Of a stretch of 64,000 nucleotides of DNA, positions 38,741 to 48,693 are shown piece by piece. A program made the position numbers and the translations under genes. The notes below the pieces were generated by a model. It saw only the letters and a program-made list of their open reading frames with translations, did not search any database and had not been told where the DNA came from. The stretch lies in assembly GCF_036321535.1 (NCBI RefSeq), contig NC_087437.1, forward strand, positions 121,894,001 to 121,958,000, given 5' to 3'. Within the stretch, counting starts at the first letter, position 1. Every line of letters starts with the position of its first letter. The DNA comes from Camelus dromedarius (taxonomy: Eukaryota).

Positions 38741-39699
38741 TGCGTGACAGCCTGCGGCCGGGCCGAGGAAGGTTAGTCCGACTCAGGAAAAGCTGTCCCG
38801 GAAGGAGGAGCTGACTTTCCCCTCTGCGCCTCCTAAGCTGTCTGAGAGGCTGTGGTTTGGAAATAGGATTCGACTGGCTGTGTGTGAAAGGAGCACACTT
38901 AGGATGACAGTTGCGCTGGGGAGAGTGACAGCCAGGTGACCGTGAGGGTGGGGACGGGGCTCTGGCCACCCTGTGGGAGCAGGTGGCCACGAGAGGTTGG
39001 GCACCCGGAGTCCCCCAAGAAGCAGTTAGGTTAGGTGACTTCTAAAACCCTGTCCAGTTCTCTTGGGAGACTTTGGGGACCCTGTGTGCCCCTGTGGTCT
39101 GTGACTCCCTGAACCCTCGTGCGACCCCATGTGGATCAATTAGCCAGCGCGGGAAGGCCAGTGTCTTTGAGGCGTGAGATTTGGGAGCATAGAGCTGTTG
39201 GCAGCTGAAGGGGATCCTCGTAATACTCGGGGAGTAAAGTGAAAGGGGTCTGTAGCAAAACCTCTTCATCCAAGTGACCTGAATGGAGGTGGAAAAATAA
39301 AGTCAACGTCCATTGTAAGTGGGAAGAGAAAAGCCAGCAACTGTAGCTTACGGGAGGAGGGGTGCATTTAATACAGTAAAGGGTTAATCCTTTCAAAGGT
39401 TCAGAAATACTTTTAGAGAATTAATGTCCAGGATCTAATGGCATATTGATGACTGTGATGCATGTGGTTCCGTAAAAGCTTTTAGACCCTGGCTCTGTTT
39501 CAAGGGCACAGATTTAAGATGACTCCTGATCTGTCTCCATGTAGGAAGGGCCCTTTGTTCCCCCAGGAGTATTTGCACTGTTTGTGAAAATGTCAGCTTG
39601 ACCAGTGAGCTCTGCCCATGGCCGGGCGAGGCCCTGGGTGGCAGCCACCTGGTTGTACCCCCGGCTGAGTGCAGGGAGGCCAGGAGCCCTTGGGCAGAA

Positions 39700-39890
39700 C
39701 CTGGACTGGCTTCAGTGCCTGGCAGGTGGGAGTTTAAAGGCTGGCTCCCTTGCTTGTAGCTGTGAAGCTTATGGACAAACCATTTGGCCTTCCTGGGCCT
39801 CAGGTTCCACCTCTGGAAAATGGAACTAATAGAGCTGTCTTGCTGAGTTGGTGTGAGGAGGGTGGCAGTGCCCACAAAGTACCCGGTGTG
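39700..39890 (+). mobile_element. MIR fragment
   Basis: 'cctgggcctcaggttccacctctggaaaatgg'. Confidence 0.6.
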
Positions 39891-40364
39891 TCAGGAATTG
39901 GGAGGAACAGCAAAAGGGGGCTGCCATCAAGGTGGTGACCAGCGGGTGTGAGAATTGAATCGTGTCCAAAACTGATGCCTGCCTTCCAGAATATTCACTG
40001 TCCTATGCTGATATTCAGTGTAAGAATTTGAAATATTACTGAAGCACTGCAGACGCTTTGTTCTGCATTTGTTACAGCTAAGCAGGTCACATACCGTGGT
40101 GGGAGGGAAGACACTTTGCATCTTAAAAACACAACAACTTACCAGGTGCCCCAACGATAATATCTTGAACATTTCCTGTAAACTTGGACCTTCTAGCCAA
40201 AACACCTTCCCTCTGATTTCTGCAATACCAAGTCTTAAGACACACGACAATCTTTCTGAACTGGACAGCCCTGGGAGGAAGTTTCTGTTTCCCCACCGTG
40301 CACAGACTAAAGAAAACTTGGTGACCTTTGTGTTTTTTCCTTTAACTGCTGGTTTTTAAAAAAA

Positions 40365-42700
40365 AACCAAACTTCTTTAGAACAGTTTTAGATTTATGGA
40401 ATCATAGTAAGGATAGTACAGAGAATTCCTGTACACCTCACACCCAGTTTAACATTTTACATTAGTCGGGTGCATTTGTCATAATTAATGGACCCATGTT
40501 GATTCGTTGTCATTCACTGAAGTCCATACTGTGGATTTCTTTGGTTTTTCCCTGCTGTCCTTTTTCTGTCCCAGAATACATTTGTCATGTCTCTTCAGGC
40601 TCTTCTTGGCTGTGATTCTTTCTTAGATTTTCCTTGTTTGTTTGTTTTTTAAATTTTTAACTTTTTATTTGTTTTTATTTTTTTAGTGGAGGTGCTGGGG
40701 ATTGAACCCAGGACTTCGTGTGTGCTAAGCACGTGCTTTACCACTGAGCTATACTCCGCCCACAGACTTTCCTTGTTTATGATGGAGATTGGAGGAGTAT
40801 TGGTTAAATATTTTGTATAATGTTCCTCTGTTGGAATTTGTCTGATGATTAGATTGGAGGGTGTAGATTTTGGGAGGAAGACCACAGAGGAGAGGGCCCT
40901 TCTCATCACGGCCCGTCCAGGGTGCGCCGTCAGCACGACCATCCCCACGACCTTCACCGCGGCCGCTGACCTTGGTCACCTGGTGTGGGGGTGTCTGTGG
41001 GGTCTCTCTGCCGCACGGCTGCCCCCCCACTGTCCCCCGGAAGGAGGTCGCCGTGCTGTGCACACCAGCACCCGAGGAGGGGGTCCGCCCCCCTCCCTGA
41101 GGACGGAGCAGCGGCTGAACCGACGTGGGTTCTCCTGGGAGCAGATTCCCTCGTCTCCCGGTTTGCTCGCCAGTCGTTTACTGAAGTCAGGTCGGACCCA
41201 CGGGTGTTTATTTTCTACTTTGGCTTAGAGTCTTCTGCTACTTTCTTTATGCTTTTGCTCAACTGTTCCAGCTTTGGCCGAGGGAGTTGTTCTGTGTCCC
41301 TGTGACGCCCTGACCGTTGTGCCCGTGTGTTTCCTTGGTTTTGTGTTCAGGTGTAGCTTTCCTTTCCAGGACTGCAAGATGCTCCAGGGTCATTTTGCGT
41401 GTGTCCTGCCCCGCCCGGGAAACCGGGAGCCTGGTGCCTTTCATCAGAAAAGGGTATGAGAGACTGATATCTGGGCACCCGTGCGCTTGTTGCTACTGAG
41501 GTATTGTTACTTCCAGGCCCTCTTGGCTGGCAGAGCTTGTAAATACCTCTGGACGGAACCATCTGTATCTGTATTGAGCTAAACATCAGCTCGTGCTGAC
41601 ATTTCCAGCTCCAGTTCCCCCAGCATGGACCCTTCTAGCCTCCTCCCCTTCCTGACGTGTAACCGCCCCCTTGAACACTGACATACCTGGCTCCCACCGT
41701 CCCATCCGTGACTGAATTGTTGGGTCCAGCACATGCACAGCAGTAGTAGAGTTAGTAACTTGTGTCCCTTGGGAAACAACTTTATCAACTAGAGTACAGC
41801 CTTGAGTACAGTTCCTTTTGCCTTTTCTCTCCTAGACTCCACTCATTTCCAGAGATGCTTACATCAGCCCCTTACTCCCCACTCGCTTCGGGGAGGTTTG
41901 CATTTGTAGTACAGTTAGTCTTTTGTCACAGTCCACATTCCATCTTGGATTCTCTTGACATCCTAAGTGGTTTTTCAGAATTGCATACATTAAGATTTAC
42001 TTTTCATGCTGTAAAGTTCGCTGGCTTTTGACAAATGCTTACTGTCTTGTGGTCATGATTACAGCATGACATGTGATAGTTTCACGGCCTTAAAAAACTT
42101 CTGTGCATCAGCTGTTCAGCACCTTCCCCGAGCTCCTGATAACCACTGATCTATTTGCCGTCTGTACAGATGTGCCTTTTCCAGAATGCCATACAGTTGA
42201 AATTGTGCAGTATGTAGCCTTTTCAGATTGGCTTCTTCCACTTAGCTATGTGTATTTAAGATTCATCTTTTTCTTTTTGTGGCTTAATAGTTCATTTCTT
42301 TTTATTGCTGAATAATATTCCATCATGTGAATGTACTGTGGCTTGTTTATTTGTTCACCTATTCAAAGACATTTTGTGCTTCCAGTTTTGGGGGTCACGA
42401 ATAAAGCTGCTATAAACATTTGTGTGCAGGTTTTTGTTTGGACATTAAGTTTTCAACCTATTGAGCAAATACCAGGGAGCACGATTGCTGAGTCATGTGG
42501 TAACACTGTGTTTAGTTTCATGAGAAACTTCCAAACCATCATCCAAAGTGGCTGCTATTTTCACTCCCACTAGAAATGAATGAGAGTGATTTCCTGCTTT
42601 TCTGCATCCTTGCCAGCATTTGGTATTGTTGGTTTTTTAAGATTTTAACAATTCTAATAGGTATAATAATAAAAAATTATTATTTTAATTTGTGATTCCC
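40365..42700 (-). mobile_element. L1MD/MC-type long 3'UTR and ORF2 end
   Basis: 'tagaacagttttagattta...tagtacagagaattcc', 'gtatgtagccttttcagattggcttcttccacttagc'. Confidence 0.75.
40640..40763 (-). mobile_element. Vic-1-type SINE with TSD
   Basis: SINE core; TSD agattttccttgttt (40625-40639) and agactttccttgttt (40764-40778). Confidence 0.92.
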
Positions 42701-42786
42701 TAAGTTCCCCAGATTTGCAGTTATGCTGTGTTTTTCACTTGGTGAGCCAGTTTGGAAGACACACTATCTCGTACCTCTTTCAAATA

Positions 42787-43731
42787 CAGTGGGTCCTGCT
42801 ATCTGAAGTTTTGCTTTTCAATTTCAGTTACCTAGGGTTGAAAACTATTAAATGGAAAATTCCAGAAATCAATAATTCATAAGTTTATGAATGTGTGTCG
42901 TGTGATGAAATCTCGCACCACCCACTCCATCCTGCCTGGGACACGAGTCACCCCTTTGTCCAGTGTGCCCCACCCACCAGTCACTTAGTAGACCTCTCTG
43001 TTATCAGATGGACTGTCCCAGCATCCCACTGCTTGTGTTCAGATGACCCTTATTTTAACTGATCCTGGCCCCAAAGTACAAGCAAGAGAAGCGGTGCTGG
43101 CAGTTCAGCTCTGCCAGAGAGATGCTGTACAGTTCTTCCTGTAAGTGAAAAGGTGAAAGCTCTTGACTTAATGAGGAAAGAAAAAAATGGTATGCTGAGG
43201 TTGCTAAGATCTACGGTAAGAACGAATCTTCTATCTGTGAAATTGTGAAGAAGGAAAAAGAAACTCGTGCTAGTTTTGCTGTCACACCTCAAACTGCAAA
43301 AGTTATGGCCACGGTGCATAATAAGTACTTAGTTAAGATGGAAAAGTCATTAGATTTGTGGGTTAAGGACAAGAATAGAAGATGTGTTCCGATGGCACAT
43401 TGATGGCAACGTGTTGGGCCAGAAGGCACGGCGCCTGTACGAAGTCTTCAGCAAGGGGTCCCCCAAAGTGAGTGACACCAGCCACTTACTGCAGGTGAAG
43501 GGTGCTTCTGCAGATTCAGGAATAGGTTTGGACCAAAAAATATAAAAATTACTGGAGAGGCTATTAATTATTATTGTTAATCTCTTCCTGGGACTAACTT
43601 ATAAATTAAATTTTATCATAGGTACATACGTACAGGAGAAAACAGTGCACAAAGGGTTCCGTACTGTTCACGGTTTCAGGCATCCACAGGGGTCCTGGAA
43701 CGTGTCCACTGTGGATGAGGGGGTATGACTG
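42787..43731 (+). mobile_element. TcMar-Tigger element, MER44/Tigger7 internal-deletion derivative
   Basis: TA then cagt...actg ends; transposase N-terminal remnant YAEVAKIYGKNESSICEIVKKEKETRASFAVTPQTAKV; 3' end 'ggtttcaggcatccacaggggtcctggaacg'. Confidence 0.85.
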
Positions 43732-44959
43732 TGCACTCTGACTTTTCCAAATGATTCGTTTCCAAGTCTCCCACTGACAGTGTGAACATAGGTTTGTGGC
43801 TGACGTCTTATTAGCTTGAGCTGTTTTCAAGATCCACGTTTGTATCCTGATCATGACAGCACGTTGTTGGCGAGGGCTGCTTCTGTGTAATTCATGTTGA
43901 AATAGTGCTGCCTCTGCAGTGAGATGCGCAGGTCACCTGCTCGCACCGCATGGGAGTTTCGGGACGAATGTATTTTCTGGACTTTAGGAAATGACTCCAG
44001 TAGTGATATAATCCTAGATTTCAACAAGCCACCGCTGATCAGAAGTTGTCCTTGGCATCCTGTTATCTTTCAGGTAAGGTTCCAGCCTGTGAGCCCTGGC
44101 GCCACATGTCCTGGGTCCTCTGGCTTTGGCTGCACCCGTCTGTCCTGCTGAGCCCACCCCTTTTCCCATTCACTTAGTTTCTGTTCCAGACACCCGGGGC
44201 AGAGCCCTGACCTTGTCCTTGCTTTGCCTCTGTCAGGACCGCCCGTCTAAACTGCAGGTCCAGTGCTGTCCCTGTGGCCTGGCACAGCATGCCAGGTCAT
44301 CCCTGCGGCCCTCCTCATCCCCCCTTGGGAGGACGGCAGCCCACTGCTTGTGACCGCAGCACGGTGGGGGCAGCGTTGCCCCCCTTGCGTCATGGCTGTC
44401 GGTCCACGTGTCCCTCCTCTAACGTGAGGCTCTGTGCGTCCTCTCCCCCCGCACAGCGTGGGCTCCTCCAGGCTGTGCCCACCTTGCTGGCCGCTGCTCT
44501 GGGGCACAGGCCTGCAGGACCTTCTTGGGGGTGAGGGTGTGCATTAGCTGGTCTGTAGGCCCTTAGAGACGACAGTGACAACAAGAATTGACACCAAAGA
44601 CGTGCAGCCACGTGACTTCTGACCCCCAACGCACCTGCACAAGGTGACCGAAGCACCTGCACCATCTTACCCAGGCTTCTACAGTGTGCGCAGGCCGAGG
44701 TGTCCCCTTGAGTCACATGCAGGTGGCTTTCTTCACGATCTTCACGATCTTTCTCAGATTCAGTGACTCCTCGCAAGTCCGCTGTCCGGGCTCTGCCCAG
44801 ATTTCTGTTTTCTTCCTTTGCGTGTTGTGTTCTCTTCCTTGTTGGCATGGGGAAGGGGACCTGTTCCTAGGACAGCTGAGGGGAAGTGGGGACGTGCCCA
44901 GAGCCGCGTGGTTAAACTCCTGTTGTGTTGGGACTTGGTCTCAGTTCTGGGGCTGGGAG

Positions 44960-45380
44960 GATGTCAGTGTATCGAGTTTAGCTATCTTGCTTTTCTTTTC
45001 CTCTGGAGGCTGGTGGCCTCCCTACCCTGTAGAGAATATGCTGCCTTCACTCGTGTGTTTTGACTCTCCCATGTGGCTCCTCTTCCCTCACTCCTTCGGG
45101 GTTGGGGGGACCTCACCCACTCTCTGTTCTGACGACTCCCACCTGCGGTTTCCCCCGTCAACCTTGGACGAACTTGTGTTTTGTGTGTTTGACATCTCCA
45201 CCTTCAAGGCCAGCAAGCATCTCAGACTTAACGTGTTCAGGACCGAACTCCTGAACTTTGCCCTCAGCCCCACTGTCTAGTTGCTTCCACCAAAGCCTTG
45301 GAGCCACCCTGATTGCACCTCTTACCTCAAAGCCGACATTCAGCCCTCCAGGAAATCCGGTGCTTCAGGGCACCCAGCGA
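44960..45380 (+). mobile_element. Degenerate L2 fragment
   Basis: 'gacatctccacc...gcatctcagacttaacgtgttcaggaccgaactcctga'. Confidence 0.6.
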
Positions 45381-45549
45381 CTTGATGAGGACACGAGGCT
45401 CCTGAGGTTGGAGTTAAATGGTACAATACAAAGTCCACTCAAGTGCTTTTAATAATGTCTTCTGTGGGAGAGTTTGATCATTTATATAAAGTAAATATAC
45501 TAGGCAGTTAAAACTGGTATAGCTCTGTTACAGTCAGATGAATGCATGA

Positions 45550-46990
45550 AAGGACAAAAAGCTTTTTAATGTGAAATGTAGTTTATGATGATAAAAGAAA
45601 ATAATCGTGGTAGAGTACAACGGTCCTGAACTTACACACGTGTGGTAACCGCACCTCAGGATGTACAGAAAAACGGGCTGCTTTACACGGTGAAGTTTGA
45701 TAACTCTGCAGTCGTAGGGCTGCTTTGATGTTCCTTTCTCAGGAACGGACACGTCAGACACAAATACGTAAATACGAGTGTGCAAGATTGGAACAAGCTC
45801 CACCCCTGGCTCATACTAAGATAAGCACCCATTAGAGAGGATATGAGCTCTCAGTGCATGTGAAACATTTTTAAAATTGTGACCAAATGAGTCTCATCTC
45901 AGATGCTTTCAGACCATGTTCTCTGACCAAATGAAGCTAAGGCAGATTTCAATTATAAGATCACAGAGAATGAAAGTTTGTATACTTGACATTTAAGAAG
46001 CACTGCAAGGCGTTCCAGTGAGGCCGACATGGCGGGGGCGCCAGGCTGACCGCGGGCGGGCCGGGGCCTCGGCGCACGGCGCTGGGGGAGTGTGTCCTGG
46101 GAGTTGTGCGCCTGAAAAGAGTAAAGGCTCCAAACTGACCAAGTAAGTGTCCAAATTAAGAAGTTAGGACAGCGAAGGAGAGCAGCAGGGAGTGGAAGGG
46201 AATTACGGCATTAAGAACAAATTTGTAAAGTGGGAAACAAAGAAAAATGTAAGTAATAAAGTAAAAAACTGGTTCTTTTGAAGAAAAACCAAAATTTCAA
46301 ACTCTTGGCAGGATTGATAAAAAAATAAAAAGAGAAGGCGTAACTAAACGGTATTAGCTGTATCTTGTTACCTGTGTGAATGATCAGTATTTAACAGGGC
46401 GTCTGTCAGTTAGCTACAGAGCAGGTCCTGACGGGGCTTCTCACGGATTCTGAAATACTGACTCTAAGATACGGGTGGAGGAGTAAGGCTCCAAAATCCT
46501 GACGACCTTCGGGAAAAAGCAGAGGGACTTACCCTTTCAGATATTAATGCTCCTTATAAAGGTGTGCTGTTTAGGGTTTGCATTATTAGACCGGGGTAAG
46601 CAAATATGACAGTGCAACAGAGTTAGGGAACACACTTACCCTGCTCACACCCCCCACACCCACCCGCCTCCCTATACCTGTCCATATACCCACCCACACC
46701 CACCCACACTCCCCACCCCCCTCCCCTACAACCCTACACCCGAAGGAATTCACAATGTGGGAGGATGCAGCACAAGTCCATGGCAAACAATGGCTCTTTT
46801 AGTAAATGTTGCTGGGATAACCTTCTACCCGTGTGGTAAAGGTCAAATTAGATCCATACCTCATGCTTCATATATGAGACTGAATTCTAGATGGAATAAA
46901 ATCCTGAGTGTGAAAAGCAAGACTAAAATTTATGGAAGACAGAAGACTCTCTTTGACATCTGGACATAGCTAGAAAGATAATGCTAAAGC
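45550..46990 (+). mobile_element. Highly degenerate sense L1ME-like ORF2 remnants
   Basis: 'cagaccatgttctctgacca', 'ctggttcttttgaa', 'tagtaaatgttgctgggataac', 'aattctagatggaataaa'. Confidence 0.55.
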
Positions 46991-47449
46991 TGATGACAAA
47001 GGGTTCACTGCCTGTGTTTTCTTCTAGAAGTTTTATGGTTTCAGGTCTTACATTCAAGTCTTTAATCAATTTCTAGTTGGTTTTTGTGATTGGGGTGAGA
47101 TGTGGCCCGGTTTCACTTATTTGCATGTGATTGTCCAGTTTTCCCAACCCCGTTTATTAAAGAGACTATCCTATTCCATTCTGTGTTCTCCTTCATCATA
47201 AATTAGTTGTCCATCTAATTTGTTTATTTTTGTTTTTTTTTAATGCAACAACTTTTGTTGTTGCATTTAAAAAACTATTGACTAATGCAAGGTTTTTGTA
47301 TTTTTCATGTTTTCTTCTAAGAGTTTTACAGATATAGCTCTTACATTTAGATCTTTAAGCCATTTTGAATTAATTTTTGTATCTGGTATGAAGTAGGGTT
47401 CCAAATTTTTTATTTTGCATGTAGATACTCAGTTGTCCCAACACCCTTT

Positions 47450-47509
47450 GTTGAAATGTATAGTCTTTCTTCATTAAGTTGAAATGTACAGTCTTTCTTC
47501 ATTAAGTTG
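47450..47509. repeat. 28-bp tandem duplication inside an old antisense L1
   Basis: gttgaaatgta(t/c)agtctttcttcattaa twice. Confidence 0.9.
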
Positions 47510-47529
47510 TCAAAAACCAATGGACTGTA

Positions 47530-47752
47530 GGGTGGGAAGAGATAGACTGGGATTTCAAAATTGTAGAATAGATAAACAAGATTATACTGTATAGCACAGG
47601 GAAATATATACAAGATCTTATGATAGCTCACAGAGAAAAAAATGTGACAATGAATGTATATATGTTCACGTATAACTGAAAAATTGTGCTCTACACTGGA
47701 ATTTGACACAACATTGTAAAATGATTATAAATCAATAAAAAATGTTAAAAAA
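47530..47752 (+). mobile_element. Young lineage-specific 5'-truncated L1 (3'UTR only) with perfect TSD
   Basis: 'ctgtatagcacagggaaatatatacaagatc...gctctacactggaatttgacacaacattgtaaaatg' then A-tail; TSD aaaaaccaatggactgta at 47512-47529 and 47753-47770. Confidence 0.95.
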
Positions 47753-47949
47753 AAAAACCAATGGACTGTAAATGTAGGGGTTTATTTCCAGATTCTTAAT
47801 TCTCTTCCATTGCAATGTGTCTCCATATATCATTTATACTATATCAGCTCTGTCTACATCTATCCCTAGTCAGATTTTCTATTTCTTCTTGAATCAGTGT
47901 AGTTTATATTTGTTTTTAGGGATTTTTTCATCTGGTTTATCTAACTTCT

Positions 47950-48693
47950 TTTTTAAATTTAATTTTAATTTTAATTTTTTAATTGAAGTAGAGTCAGTTA
48001 CAATGTATCGATTTCTGGTGTACAGCACAGTGTCCCAGTCATACATATACATGCATATATTCATTTTCATATTCTTTTTCATTAAAGATTATTATAAGAT
48101 ATTGAATATAATTCCCTGTGCTATACAGAATAAATTTGTTTTTTAATCTATTTTTATATATAGTGGCTAATATTTGCAAATCTCAAACTCCCAAATTTAT
48201 CCCTTTCCATCCCTTTGCCCCAGTAACCATAAGATATAAATAGCTCATACAATTAAATAACAACAACAGCAAAACAGCCCAATCCAAAAGTGGGCAGAAG
48301 ACCGAAACAAGAAATTCTCCAATGAAGACATACAGATGGTCAATAGGCACATAAGAAAATGCTCTAATTATCAGAGAAATGCAAATCAAAACTACAATGA
48401 GGTATCACCTCACACCAGTCAGAATGGCCATCCAAAAGTCCATGAATGATAAATCCTGGAGAGAGTGTGGAGAAAAGGGAACCCTCCCACACTGCTGGTG
48501 GGAATGTGGTTTGGTGTAGCCGTTAAGGAAAACAGTATGGAGATTCCTCAAAAAACTGAAAACAGACTTACCATATGATCCAGCAATCCCACCCCTGGGC
48601 ATATATCCAGAGGGAACTCTAATTCAAAAAGACACCTGCACCCCAATGTTCACAGCAGCACTATTTACAATAGCCAAGACATGGGAGCAACCT
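47950..48693 (-). mobile_element. 5'-inverted (twin-primed) camelid-type L1
   Basis: Antisense 3'UTR with tail at 47950-48233 joined directly to a sense ORF2 C-terminal piece at 48234-48693 ('ttaccatatgatccagcaatcccac'). Confidence 0.85.
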
